Position numbers and translations under genes: made by a program
Part shown: positions 1-9,124 of the stretch, piece after piece
How the letters are laid out: every line of letters begins with the position of its first letter
Position numbering within the stretch: the stretch's first letter is position 1
Notes under the pieces: generated by a model
The model's database searches: none
What the model was told of the DNA's origin: nothing
The model's input: the letters and a program-made list of their open reading frames with translations, nothing else
Origin: Longimicrobiales bacterium
GTDB lineage: Bacteria > Gemmatimonadota > Gemmatimonadetes > Longimicrobiales > Gaopeijiaceae
Length of the DNA stretch: 64,000 nucleotides
Direction of reading: 5' to 3'
NCBI GenBank assembly: GCA_965226375.1
Contig: CBDDCX010000008.1
Span: forward strand, 1,600,001 to 1,664,000

Positions 1-1170
1 TTTGCGAACCTCCGCGAGACCGACCCCATACACTGGAACGAGCGGTTCCGGATCTGGGTGATCACGCGCTACGAAGACGTGGTGTGGATCCTCCGTCATC
101 AGGAATTGTTCTCTTCTGCCGTCATCGAGTCGACATCGCAACCTCCGTATCCTCCGGTCGATGCTGCGGACGTGCCCCTGTACGACGAGGTGCGTACGTT
201 TCGGGCCGATCAGCTGGTCGAGAAGGACAGGCCGGCCCATCTCGACATGCGCTCGGTGGTCCACAAGTACTTCACTCCGGGTGAGATGGAGGCCTGGCGC
301 CCCTTCGTCCGCGACGCCGTGGCAGAGTTGTTGGACGAGATCGAACCCCGAGGGCGCATGAACGTCCTCACCGACTTTGCGGCGGCCCTGCCGGTGCGTG
401 TCATCGCCGAGATGATGGGCGTCCCGTACCAGGATCGGGATCATCTACGGGAGCTGGCCGACAAGATCTTGTGGGCCAACCGCGGCGAGTCGTATCGGCT
501 CCAACCTCTCACCGACGGCATGAGAGGCCTGATCGAATACTGCGAGCCCCTGGTCGAAGCGCGAATGGCCGATCCGACCAACGACTTCATTTCGGTGTTG
601 GTGGAGGGTGAGAAGGCCGGCGTGTTCACACGGTATCAGGTGCTCGTCAACACGGCCCTGCTTCTCTTCGCGGGCCACGAGACGAGCATGAATCTGATCT
701 GCAACGGCCTGCTCGCCTTCATTCACCATCCCGATCAGTGGGATCGACTCAAAGCCGATCCGAGCGGGATGGCCCGACTGGCCACCGAAGAGTGCCTCCG
801 GTACGATCCGCCCGTTAAATCCACCCAGCGGGTCGCGGTTCAGGACGTGGAGATCGGCGGCAAAACCATCCGCAAGGGTGACCGTATCCGCTGGATCATG
901 GCGTCGGCGAATCGTGACCCTGATGTGTTTCCTGATCCCGACCGATTCGACATCGGCCGCCAGCCCAATCCGCATATCTCGTTCGGTTCCGGGATTCACT
1001 ACTGCTTGGGCTCCACGTTGGCTCGAATCGAGGGACAGGAAGTGTTCCGCGGTTTCGCCGAACGCTTCGACTCCTTCGTGGTGGAGACAGAAGGTCTCGA
1101 ATACCAACCGAGCCTCCAATTCCGGTCGCTCAAGTCACTGCCCGTGAGGTGGGGAAAGGAGCTCCAGTGA
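1..1170 (+). CDS. Cytochrome P450 (5' end runs off the window)
   Basis: Frame open from base 1. I-helix AGHET, K-helix EECLR, heme motif FGSGIHYCLG. Confidence 0.95.
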   Translation, partial: FANLRETDPIHWNERFRIWVITRYEDVVWILRHQELFSSAVIESTSQPPYPPVDAADVPLYDEVRTFRADQLVEKDRPAHLDMRSVVHKYFTPGEMEAWRPFVRDAVAELLDEIEPRGRMNVLTDFAAALPVRVIAEMMGVPYQDRDHLRELADKILWANRGESYRLQPLTDGMRGLIEYCEPLVEARMADPTNDFISVLVEGEKAGVFTRYQVLVNTALLLFAGHETSMNLICNGLLAFIHHPDQWDRLKADPSGMARLATEECLRYDPPVKSTQRVAVQDVEIGGKTIRKGDRIRWIMASANRDPDVFPDPDRFDIGRQPNPHISFGSGIHYCLGSTLARIEGQEVFRGFAERFDSFVVETEGLEYQPSLQFRSLKSLPVRWGKELQ

Positions 1171-1400
1171 CGCAGCGACTCCGGGTGTGGGTGGACCACA
1201 CTCGCTGTGTCGGCAACGCCATGTGTGTCGCCACGGCGCCGGGGGTCTTCGCACACAACGACGACCGACAGTCAGAGGTCGTCGACCCCGAGGGGGATAC
1301 TCGCGACGCCATCCTGGAGGCGGCCTCCAACTGTCCGACCGGCGCCATCCAGGTCGAAGACGCGGACACGGGCGCACCTATCCAGCCAGGATCTCATTGA
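1167..1400 (+). CDS. Ferredoxin, 3Fe-4S type (P450 partner)
   Basis: CVGNAMC...NCPTGAI motif. GTG at 1167 overlaps the P450 stop (GTGA). Confidence 0.9.
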   Translation: MTQRLRVWVDHTRCVGNAMCVATAPGVFAHNDDRQSEVVDPEGDTRDAILEAASNCPTGAIQVEDADTGAPIQPGSH

Positions 1401-2236
1401 TGCCCAAGACCATGGGATCGCCCAAGCCGTCCACGGAAGGACGCCCGATTTCGACCTTGGACTTCCTGGCCATGAAGGAACGTGGCGAGAAGATCGTGAT
1501 GACGACCGCCTACGATGCCCTGTTCGCATCCCTCGTCGACCGCGCCGGCGTGGACGCGATCCTGGTCGGCGATTCGGTGGCCACCGTCCTGGGTGGGCAC
1601 GAAACCACCTTGCCCGCGACCGTTGAGCAGATGATCTATCACGGACGCATGGTTCGTCGCGGTACTCACCGTGCGCTCGTCGTGGTCGACATGCCTTTCC
1701 TGAGCTACCAAGTGTCCGTCGAAGAGGCCCTGCGGAACGCCGGGACCGTGCTCAAGCAGACAGGAGCCGCAGCCGTAAAGCTGGAGGGTGGGCAAACGGT
1801 AGCCCCCACGATTCGCGCACTCGTCGACGCCGGCATACCGGTGATGGGTCACCTGGGCCTCACGCCTCAATCGGTTCACGCACTGGGCGGCTATCGCGTT
1901 CAAGGAAAAGAAGAGGCGGCCGCAGAACAGCTGATCGCCGACGCGAGGCGCCTCGAAGAGGCAGGCGTATTCTCTATCGTCTTGGAGCTGATCCCGGCGG
2001 CGGTGGCGGAGCGCGTTTCAGAGGCGGTGTCCGTGCCAACGATCGGGATTGGCGCCGGCCCCGGTTGCGATGGCCAGGTGTTGGTGCTGCACGACCTTTT
2101 GGGCTTCAATGAGGATTTCCAACCCAAATTTCTCAAGCGATACGCCGAGCTGGGTGTGGCCGTGCGCGAGGCGCTGACCGAATACGGTCGACAAGTGCGC
2201 TCGGGAGAGTACCCCGACGCGACGCACAGTCACTAG
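1400..2236 (+). CDS. panB: 3-methyl-2-oxobutanoate hydroxymethyltransferase
   Basis: TAYD, LVGDS, VKLEGG, MGHLGLTPQS and GIGAG..CDGQVLV motifs. ATG at 1400 overlaps the ferredoxin stop. Confidence 0.95.
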   Translation: MPKTMGSPKPSTEGRPISTLDFLAMKERGEKIVMTTAYDALFASLVDRAGVDAILVGDSVATVLGGHETTLPATVEQMIYHGRMVRRGTHRALVVVDMPFLSYQVSVEEALRNAGTVLKQTGAAAVKLEGGQTVAPTIRALVDAGIPVMGHLGLTPQSVHALGGYRVQGKEEAAAEQLIADARRLEEAGVFSIVLELIPAAVAERVSEAVSVPTIGIGAGPGCDGQVLVLHDLLGFNEDFQPKFLKRYAELGVAVREALTEYGRQVRSGEYPDATHSH

Positions 2237-2278
2237 GCGCGGCGTGACGAACTGCTGCCTCGACACTGACGGCCCCCA

Positions 2279-3592
2279 GTGAGACACGACCTGGGCGGTG
2301 AGCCGGCGACTCGTCCTTCGCCTTCGGTTGAACTTGGCCTGGGCGCGAATTGGCAGCAGTTCAGCCTCCTGGTGCTCATCAACGCCTTCGTGGGCGCCAT
2401 GGTCGGGCTCGAACGCACGGTGCTGCCCCTCTTGGCCGAAGAGGAGTTCGGCCTCGCGTCCACGACGGTGGTGCTCTCGTTCCTGGTCTCCTTCGGGCTG
2501 GTAAAGGCCGCGACGAATTTCTTCGCGGGGCGGCTGGGAGATCTGTACGGACGAAAGCCCATCCTGGTGCTCGGCTGGTGTGTGGGACTACCGGTGCCAC
2601 TGATGATCATGTGGGCGCCGTCGTGGGGTTGGGTGGTCGCGGCCAACGTGCTCCTCGGCATCAACCAAGGCCTCGCGTGGTCCACGACCGTCATCATGAA
2701 GATCGATCTGGCGGGGCCACGGCAGCGGGGCCTCGCCATGGGTCTCAACGAATTCGCCGGCTATGTGGCCGTGGCTCTGTCTGCGCTCGGTACCGGATAC
2801 ATCGCCGGGGCGTATGGGCTTCGGCCGGAGCCCTTCTACCTGGGGCTCGGATTCGCGGCGCTCGGCTTGGCGCTGTCCGTGGTCTTCGTGAAGGAGACGC
2901 GGGGCCACTCGGTGGTGGAGGCGGCTCAGGCGGCAAGCGGAGCCGGATCTGCCCCGACCGCCGCTATCCCGCCTCCCGACCCCGTCGCACCCAGCACTCG
3001 AGAGATCTTCGCGACCGTGAGTTGGAAGCACCCAGCACTGTCCAGCGCGAGTCATGCCGGGCTGGTCAACAACCTGAACGACGGGCTCGCTTGGGGGCTT
3101 TTTCCGCTCTTCTTCGCCGCCTCCGGATTGGATGTTGTAAGCATCGGTGTCCTGACGTTCGTGTATCCCTTCACGTGGGGGATCGTGCAGCTCTGGACTG
3201 GAGCGTTGTCGGACCGGGTCGGCCGCAAGGGTCTGATCGCCGGAGGCATGCTGGTCCAGGCGGCGGCGCTGGCGGCCCTTGCGATGCTGGACGGATTCGG
3301 AGTGTGGGCCGGTGCTTCCGCGTTACTCGGAATCGGCACGGCCATGGTGTATCCGACGCTTCTTGCCGCCATCGCGGACGTCGCTCATCCAAGCTGGCGC
3401 GGTTCGGCCGTCGGTGTGTACCGGCTCTGGCGCGATAGCGGCTACGCCGTGGGCGGGTTGCTGGCGGGCACGTTGGCCGACCTCTTCGGGATGCGGGCTG
3501 CGATCATGGCGGTAGCGGTCCTCACGGGGCTGACCGGGCTTGGCGTGGCGAAGCGAATGCCGGAGACCCTACAGCGGACCAACGACGGGTAG
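2279..3592 (+). CDS. MFS transporter
   Basis: About 12 hydrophobic segments. Motif A twice (GRLGDLYGRK, GALSDRVGRK). Confidence 0.9.
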   Translation: MRHDLGGEPATRPSPSVELGLGANWQQFSLLVLINAFVGAMVGLERTVLPLLAEEEFGLASTTVVLSFLVSFGLVKAATNFFAGRLGDLYGRKPILVLGWCVGLPVPLMIMWAPSWGWVVAANVLLGINQGLAWSTTVIMKIDLAGPRQRGLAMGLNEFAGYVAVALSALGTGYIAGAYGLRPEPFYLGLGFAALGLALSVVFVKETRGHSVVEAAQAASGAGSAPTAAIPPPDPVAPSTREIFATVSWKHPALSSASHAGLVNNLNDGLAWGLFPLFFAASGLDVVSIGVLTFVYPFTWGIVQLWTGALSDRVGRKGLIAGGMLVQAAALAALAMLDGFGVWAGASALLGIGTAMVYPTLLAAIADVAHPSWRGSAVGVYRLWRDSGYAVGGLLAGTLADLFGMRAAIMAVAVLTGLTGLGVAKRMPETLQRTNDG

Positions 3593-3743
3593 GGGAGCCG
3601 TTTTGTCCGGAGTCGGCATCCGGCTCGCGCGCTCCGGTCGCGGTAGGCATCTTGGTCGCGCAGCAACATCGCGAGACGAGCGGCGGCCTCCGCCTGATTG
3701 CTTCAGGCCTTGATCTGATCGATCCGTGTTTGGGGGGAACTTC

Positions 3744-5081
3744 TTGCAACCTGAGACTCACTACGCCAAGAGCGGGAACGTCAACATCGCCTACCAGGTC
3801 ACCGGGAGCGGCTCGCTCGACCTGGTGCTGGTGCCGGGTTGGGTGTCCCATGTGGAGCACGCCTGGGAGGAACCCTCCTTCTCGGGCTTTCTTCACCGCT
3901 TAGCATCGTTCTCACGTTTGATCTTCCTGGACCGCCGGGGAACGGGCCTCTCCGATCCAGTGGCTGGCTTGCCGACGCTGGAGGAGCGGATGGATGACGT
4001 CCGCGCCGTGATGGACGCCGCCGGCTCGGAGCGTGCGGCTCTCTTCGGCATCTCCGAAGGCGGTCCGATGTGCTCGCTGTTCGCTGCGACGTACCCCAAG
4101 AGAACCACCGCGCTGGTGCTGTACGGCACGATGGCCAGGGGTATGAGGGATGCCGACTACCCATGGGGAAGTGACGACGACCAGGCCATCCGGTTCCTCG
4201 ACAGAATCGAGCGCGAGTGGGGCAAAGGCATGACCGCGAAGCTCTTCGCCCCAAGCATCGCCCAGGATGAGCGGGAGGTTCGATCCTGGGCGAAGTTCGA
4301 GCGCCGGGCGGTCAGTCCCGGGGGGGCTCGGGTCCTGATTAAGATGGCGCTAGACACTGATGTGAGGGGTGTGCTGCCCACCATCCGGGTCCCCACTCTT
4401 GTCATGCACCGAGCCGGTGATCGCGCCACGCCGGTGGGCGGAGGCCGCTACATCGCGAGACAGATTCCCGGTGCCAAGTATGTCGAGTTCGACGGCATCG
4501 ATCACTTTCCCTGGGTCGGCGACTCGCACGCAGTCTTGGGCGAGCTGGAGGAGTTCCTCACCGGCGTGAGGCACGGACCGGAGCCCGATCGTGTGCTCGC
4601 CACCGTGATGTTCACTGACATCGTCGGCTCCACGGAGCATGCTGTGGCACTGGGGGATCGCCGGTGGCGAAATATGCTCGACCGCTACTACGCCGAGACA
4701 CGAAGGTACCTGAAGATCTTTCGTGGACGGGAAGTAGACACAGCAGGGGACGGATTCTTCGCTACCTTCGACGGGCCCGCACGTGGGGTTCGCTGTGCGT
4801 GTGCGATCCGTGACGCCGTCTCTGACTTGGGGATTGCGATTCGGGCGGGCCTGCACACCGGCGAATACGAGGTGGTGGATGACAGGGTGGTCGGAATCGC
4901 AGTACACGTCGGAGCCCGCGTCGCGGGCCGTGCGGAGGGGGATGAGGTTCTCGTCTCCACGACCGTCAAGGATCTCGTTGCCGGTTCCGGCCTCGGATTC
5001 GGTGACCGCGGAACGCATGTCCTGAAGGGCATACCAGGCGAGTGGCGTCTCTTCGCGGCGTCCGAAGGCGTTGCGGAGTGA
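3744..5081 (+). CDS. Alpha/beta hydrolase fused to class III adenylate/guanylate cyclase (LipJ/Rv1900c-like)
   Basis: DRRGTGLSD and GISEGG in the hydrolase part. FTDIVGST, GDG, IRAGLH and AVHVGAR in the cyclase part. Start is TTG 3744 or GTG 3726. Confidence 0.9.
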   Translation: MQPETHYAKSGNVNIAYQVTGSGSLDLVLVPGWVSHVEHAWEEPSFSGFLHRLASFSRLIFLDRRGTGLSDPVAGLPTLEERMDDVRAVMDAAGSERAALFGISEGGPMCSLFAATYPKRTTALVLYGTMARGMRDADYPWGSDDDQAIRFLDRIEREWGKGMTAKLFAPSIAQDEREVRSWAKFERRAVSPGGARVLIKMALDTDVRGVLPTIRVPTLVMHRAGDRATPVGGGRYIARQIPGAKYVEFDGIDHFPWVGDSHAVLGELEEFLTGVRHGPEPDRVLATVMFTDIVGSTEHAVALGDRRWRNMLDRYYAETRRYLKIFRGREVDTAGDGFFATFDGPARGVRCACAIRDAVSDLGIAIRAGLHTGEYEVVDDRVVGIAVHVGARVAGRAEGDEVLVSTTVKDLVAGSGLGFGDRGTHVLKGIPGEWRLFAASEGVAE

Positions 5082-6147
5082 AGATGGGCGCTAGTGTCCG
5101 GAGCGACTCGCCGTGCTTGCGCATGATGAGTACCGAGTCACCGAACTCGTGTGAGCGGTAGCCATCCTGCTCGAGCGCGCGACTCATGCGCTGTAGCACC
5201 ACGTCACTCGCGAACGCGGCCAGCAACTGGTAGTGGCTCTCACCGGGTTCGTGGGCTCCGCTGACGATGCCGTCGACCACAGCGAGTCGCGTTTGTGCGC
5301 CAATGCGTTGAGTAGCCAGGCCGGCTCCAGGTTGCAGCACACCTCCATCTAAAGCGGCATGCTCCAGGGCACGGGTCACTGTGGTGCCGAGCGCAATCAC
5401 GCGACCGCCTCCCGCTTTTGTCCGGGAGATCGCCCGCACGGTCGCCCGAGGCAGATGGTATGCCTCATCGAACGGCAACCTGGCGTCGAGTGCTGGATCG
5501 CCAGTCGACGAAATCCCGGCCGCAAGCGTCAGGGTCGCGAAGCCGACTCCGCGAGCCTTCAGCTCCGGCAGGAACGCCCAGTCGACTACGAAGCTCGCGG
5601 ATGGAGGCTCGAACGAGACGGGTAGCGCTGCGATCCGCGTCCAAGCGTCCCACATCACTAGCGGCCGATCGAGGTGCGAGTACTGGATCGGTGTACCGTG
5701 TCCTGCGATGCCGCCCCAGATCTCATCGGGGGTGCCGACGAAGCTCAGCTCTACTAGGCGCGGGTGGCCGAGAGACTTCGTCACGGTGGCCCTCAAGGGT
5801 CCCAGCCTCAGGGCGTCGCCGATGCGAAGTGTGGGGGGCGCCGCACGGTCTTCCGTGCGCGTTCGATAATCTCCTCTGCCGAAGACGATCGCGGTAAAGT
5901 CGTACACGTCGTCGACGGACAGAGACGGCCGACCGGCCAACCGAATTTCGATCGCAACTCCGCTGGGCTCATGGGATCCGCCGAGGCTCGCCGGTATCGT
6001 GGCGGCATCGTTCGCGACGACCAGATCGCCGGGGGCCACGAAGCGAGCCAGCTGCGTCCTCCCAACATGTTCGAACCTTCCGTCACCATGAACGACGAGC
6101 ATCCGGGGGCGGGGCCGACGCTGCAACGGTGTGGTGGCGGCCTTCAC
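4966..6147 (-). CDS. QueA-family (SAM:tRNA ribosyltransferase-isomerase-like) protein
   Basis: GDLVVAND, RVIALGTTVTRALE and YRSHEFGDSVLI motifs. Divergent paralogue type. C-terminal tail overlaps the convergent cyclase gene. Confidence 0.8.
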   Translation of the reverse strand: MKAATTPLQRRPRPRMLVVHGDGRFEHVGRTQLARFVAPGDLVVANDAATIPASLGGSHEPSGVAIEIRLAGRPSLSVDDVYDFTAIVFGRGDYRTRTEDRAAPPTLRIGDALRLGPLRATVTKSLGHPRLVELSFVGTPDEIWGGIAGHGTPIQYSHLDRPLVMWDAWTRIAALPVSFEPPSASFVVDWAFLPELKARGVGFATLTLAAGISSTGDPALDARLPFDEAYHLPRATVRAISRTKAGGGRVIALGTTVTRALEHAALDGGVLQPGAGLATQRIGAQTRLAVVDGIVSGAHEPGESHYQLLAAFASDVVLQRMSRALEQDGYRSHEFGDSVLIMRKHGESLRTLAPIFTPQRLRTPRRDATRLVCPSGHAFRGHRIRGRNRQRDP

Positions 6148-6860
6148 GTCTTGGCTCCGGCATGTTGGGCGAACGCTTCAATGGACGCGACAATTTCCAG
6201 AGCGGCGTCGCTCGGGTGCTTGAGGTCCGCCGGGTCGGCGTCGGGCACGGCCAAGGCGTGCAGGGGCGTGTCCATGTCGCCAGGATCGATCGACTCCACC
6301 CGCACTCCGTGAGGCTGAAGTTCCTCGTCCCAGATCCTGCTCATGTGCAGGAGTGCCGCCTTGCTCGCTCCATAAGCTCCCCAGCGTGCGTAAGGAGTGA
6401 CCGCAGCGTCGCTGCTGATGTTGACGACCAGCGCCGGCCGGCCATCGCGGGCGGATGCACCGAGAGCACCGAGTAGGGCCTTGGTCAGACGAAACGGACC
6501 GATCACGTTCGTGGCCAACGCCGCCTCCAGATCTTCACAATCCGTATCGGCCAGCAATGCGAGCGGTACCGGGCCGAGCGCCGATGCATTGTTGATGAGA
6601 ATATCGAGTCCGCCGAGCGACGCAGTGATCTGCATTGCCATAGGGTAGGTGGCGTCCTTCTGTGACACGTCGCCCGCAATGCCGTGGGTTCCCACGTGCT
6701 GTCGGGTCACGTCGCTCACCCGCCCTTGGTGCCGAGCCACGAACGCCACGGCCGCCCCCCGCGCGTGAAGCGCCCCTACGAGCGCGAGCCCAAGGCCCGA
6801 CGTGCCCCCGGTGACGGCGACACGTAGACCACTCAGTATGGAGGTATCGGTGGAGGTCAT
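6144..6860 (-). CDS. SDR family oxidoreductase
   Basis: TGGTSGLG, NNAS, YGASK. AAGGAG RBS before ATG 6860. ATGA overlap with the QueA-like gene. Confidence 0.92.
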   Translation of the reverse strand: MTSTDTSILSGLRVAVTGGTSGLGLALVGALHARGAAVAFVARHQGRVSDVTRQHVGTHGIAGDVSQKDATYPMAMQITASLGGLDILINNASALGPVPLALLADTDCEDLEAALATNVIGPFRLTKALLGALGASARDGRPALVVNISSDAAVTPYARWGAYGASKAALLHMSRIWDEELQPHGVRVESIDPGDMDTPLHALAVPDADPADLKHPSDAALEIVASIEAFAQHAGAKT

Positions 6861-6905
6861 GACTCGCTCCTTTCGCCTCAAGTCCGCGATCAATCGAATT
6901 CACCG

Positions 6906-6936
6906 AATCTACAAGTTCAAGTAAACTTGAGGTCAA
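6906..6936 (-). promoter_or_regulatory. MerR/SoxR-type promoter with 19-bp spacer and SoxR-box-like dyad
   Basis: Minus strand TTGACC-19 nt-TAGATT containing CCTCAAGTTTACTTGAAC, close to the SoxR box CCTCAAGTTAACTTGAGG. Confidence 0.8.
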
Positions 6937-7047
6937 GGCCTTCATCTATTCGGGGAGTTGCCTGGCGCCGACATCGGCGTCGGTGAAGATTGCGGTTCGG
7001 GTACGCGACGGCTGCTCGACCGCACCGCTGTAAGCGAGGAGTGACCC

Positions 7048-7476
7048 ATGCTGATTGCCAGGCTCGTGGCCCTCATCGAGGACCACGCTGACGAGTTGAC
7101 AGCTCGGTTGGTGCGGAGGCTCCGCGAAGATCCCCGCACGAGCGAGTACCGCCGGTTTGACGAAGCCGAGCTCGGTAGACGAGTTCACGATGTATACGCC
7201 GACCTGGGCGGCTGGTTGGAGCGGGCCTCCGAGGGCCGCGTGGAGGAGGAGTATTTTCGGCTGGGAAATACCCGCCGTACAGAGGGAATCGCACCATCTC
7301 AGGTGGTCAGCGCTCTCCTTCTGACACGTCGCAACCTCTGGGAATTCGTCGATTCGGTGGGCGGCGATACCGTCTTGGAGCTTCGCCAGCAGTTGGATCT
7401 CGAGTTGCTCGTCGTTCGGTTCTTCGACCGAGCGATTTACCATACGGTGAGGGGATACGAGTCTACAACCCAGTAG
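7048..7476 (+). CDS. Small all-helical protein, RsbRD N-terminal-like domain
   Basis: LG..RR.EGI...QVVSAL...R..LW and FFDRAIYHTVRGYE pattern, typical of RsbRD_N-like proteins. Confidence 0.6.
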   Translation: MLIARLVALIEDHADELTARLVRRLREDPRTSEYRRFDEAELGRRVHDVYADLGGWLERASEGRVEEEYFRLGNTRRTEGIAPSQVVSALLLTRRNLWEFVDSVGGDTVLELRQQLDLELLVVRFFDRAIYHTVRGYESTTQ

Positions 7477-7553
7477 AATCACGGATGTCCGCCGATCGGA
7501 CGGGAGGGGCCGAGGCGAGTCCGACTCAGTCCGCCCGAGCCGTTGTAGCCCCG

Positions 7554-7991
7554 CTACTCCCCCTGCTGCGTCGAGATCGTGAGCTTGAAACCATCCGGAT
7601 CGACCAGGGTGAACGCTCGGCCCCACGGGTTGTCCGTCGGCGGGGTCTCCAGCGTACCTCCCCGCTCTTCGATCCCCGCCGCGACGGCGTCCACGTCATC
7701 CGCCGTCGTCATGATGAGCCGGAACGCCTCGCCCTTCACGCGGTCGCGGCCTTTGGCCCAGTCGTCCTGGCCCAGGAAGAGGCTGGCGGTACCGGCCACG
7801 AGAGCGGCGCCGCCCAGCTTACCCTCGTGCTCCCAGGTTTCCTCCACATGGAATCCCACCACGTCTCGATACCACACGAGGCTCGCATCGATGTCTCCGA
7901 CGGTCAGCATGGGCGAAATGTTACGCAGGCGAAGAGTGTCGGGGGTGTCGTGGTCTCTCCGGTCTTCAGGCACATCGGATTCTGTGCTCAT
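7554..7991 (-). CDS. VOC/glyoxalase family protein
   Basis: PMLTVGDIDASLVWYRDVVGF and PWGRAFTLVDPDG. Confidence 0.88.
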   Translation of the reverse strand: MSTESDVPEDRRDHDTPDTLRLRNISPMLTVGDIDASLVWYRDVVGFHVEETWEHEGKLGGAALVAGTASLFLGQDDWAKGRDRVKGEAFRLIMTTADDVDAVAAGIEERGGTLETPPTDNPWGRAFTLVDPDGFKLTISTQQGE

Positions 7992-8254
7992 GGGGATGCT
8001 CCCTGGCGGCGGTGTGACTGGGGCGGACCATCAGCGGCGCCCCTGCTGGGCCACAAACTAGGTGCGCGAGTCGGATTTCGCTCGCCGGAGTGCTGACGTG
8101 ACGTCAACAGGACTCCAGAAACAACTAACGGGACCCGTCGTATTCATCATCGACGCCCGCAGTCAGGGCGTGCATTGAATGAGGCCGTCGGTATTTTCCC
8201 TTGGCGAGAAGCGACCGGCGGCCTCGCTTTGCGCCCACCAACCAGGTGTGGGGC

Positions 8255-9100
8255 TCAAGAATCCCCACTGCCTCCGCCGCCCTCGATCACCGAGTGCCGC
8301 TCAAGGAAGTCCTTCACGTCCGCGATGAACGCGTCCCAATCCGGAGGACAGTCGTTGTGGCCACAGTCCCACTCGATCAACTCGGCGTCGGGTCGGGCAT
8401 CGGCCAAGGCTCGCGCGTGAGTGAAGGGGATGATGTCATCGTTGAGACCGTGCATGAGTAGCAGCGGCCCATCGAAGGATCGAACGACCGTCTCGTTGTC
8501 GTAGGCGTCCCGGACGAGAAAGCGCGGCACCCTGTACGCTTCCCATGCCATCCTGGACAGCGAGCTGAACGTGGACTGGAGGATCAGCGCCCGCACCGGC
8601 CGGCTGGCCACCAGGTCGGTGGCGGCCCCTCCCCCGATCGAACGCCCCATGACCACGATGCGCTCGGGGTCGACATCGGGGCGCTCCACAAGCCAGTCGT
8701 AACCAGCGAGGAACGCCGCAGCGATCTCCGACCGGGACGTCTCGCCGGCCGAATGGCCATAGCCCGGGAACTCGACGAGCAGAACGCCCACTCCGAGCCG
8801 GGTCAGCTCCGCCAGGCCGGTCCAATCCTCGATGAGCTCCGCGTTGCCATGGGCAAAGACGAGTGCCGGCCCAGGGCGACCGACCGGTTCGGCCTCCATG
8901 TACCACGCCTCTACGAGCCCGGCATGCAGCTCCAACCGTACACGGTGCATCCCCGGTCCCAGATCCGACGACACACTCTTCTCGGGAACCCTTCCTCCTC
9001 CGGGAAACAACATCCGACGCTGGAGAAAGAACAGAACGACCGCGTACCCCAGGTAGGCCAGTGTCGCGACCTTGATTGCTGAAATCAGCAGTTCCCGCAC
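8255..9100 (-). CDS. Alpha/beta hydrolase (ABHD13/17-like), N-terminal membrane anchor
   Basis: HGNAE, PGYG, nucleophile GRSIG, HG..D..IP, GHND. Confidence 0.88.
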   Translation of the reverse strand: MRELLISAIKVATLAYLGYAVVLFFLQRRMLFPGGGRVPEKSVSSDLGPGMHRVRLELHAGLVEAWYMEAEPVGRPGPALVFAHGNAELIEDWTGLAELTRLGVGVLLVEFPGYGHSAGETSRSEIAAAFLAGYDWLVERPDVDPERIVVMGRSIGGGAATDLVASRPVRALILQSTFSSLSRMAWEAYRVPRFLVRDAYDNETVVRSFDGPLLLMHGLNDDIIPFTHARALADARPDAELIEWDCGHNDCPPDWDAFIADVKDFLERHSVIEGGGGSGDS

Positions 9101-9124
9101 CGGTCGGCTACCGCTTACGGGCTA

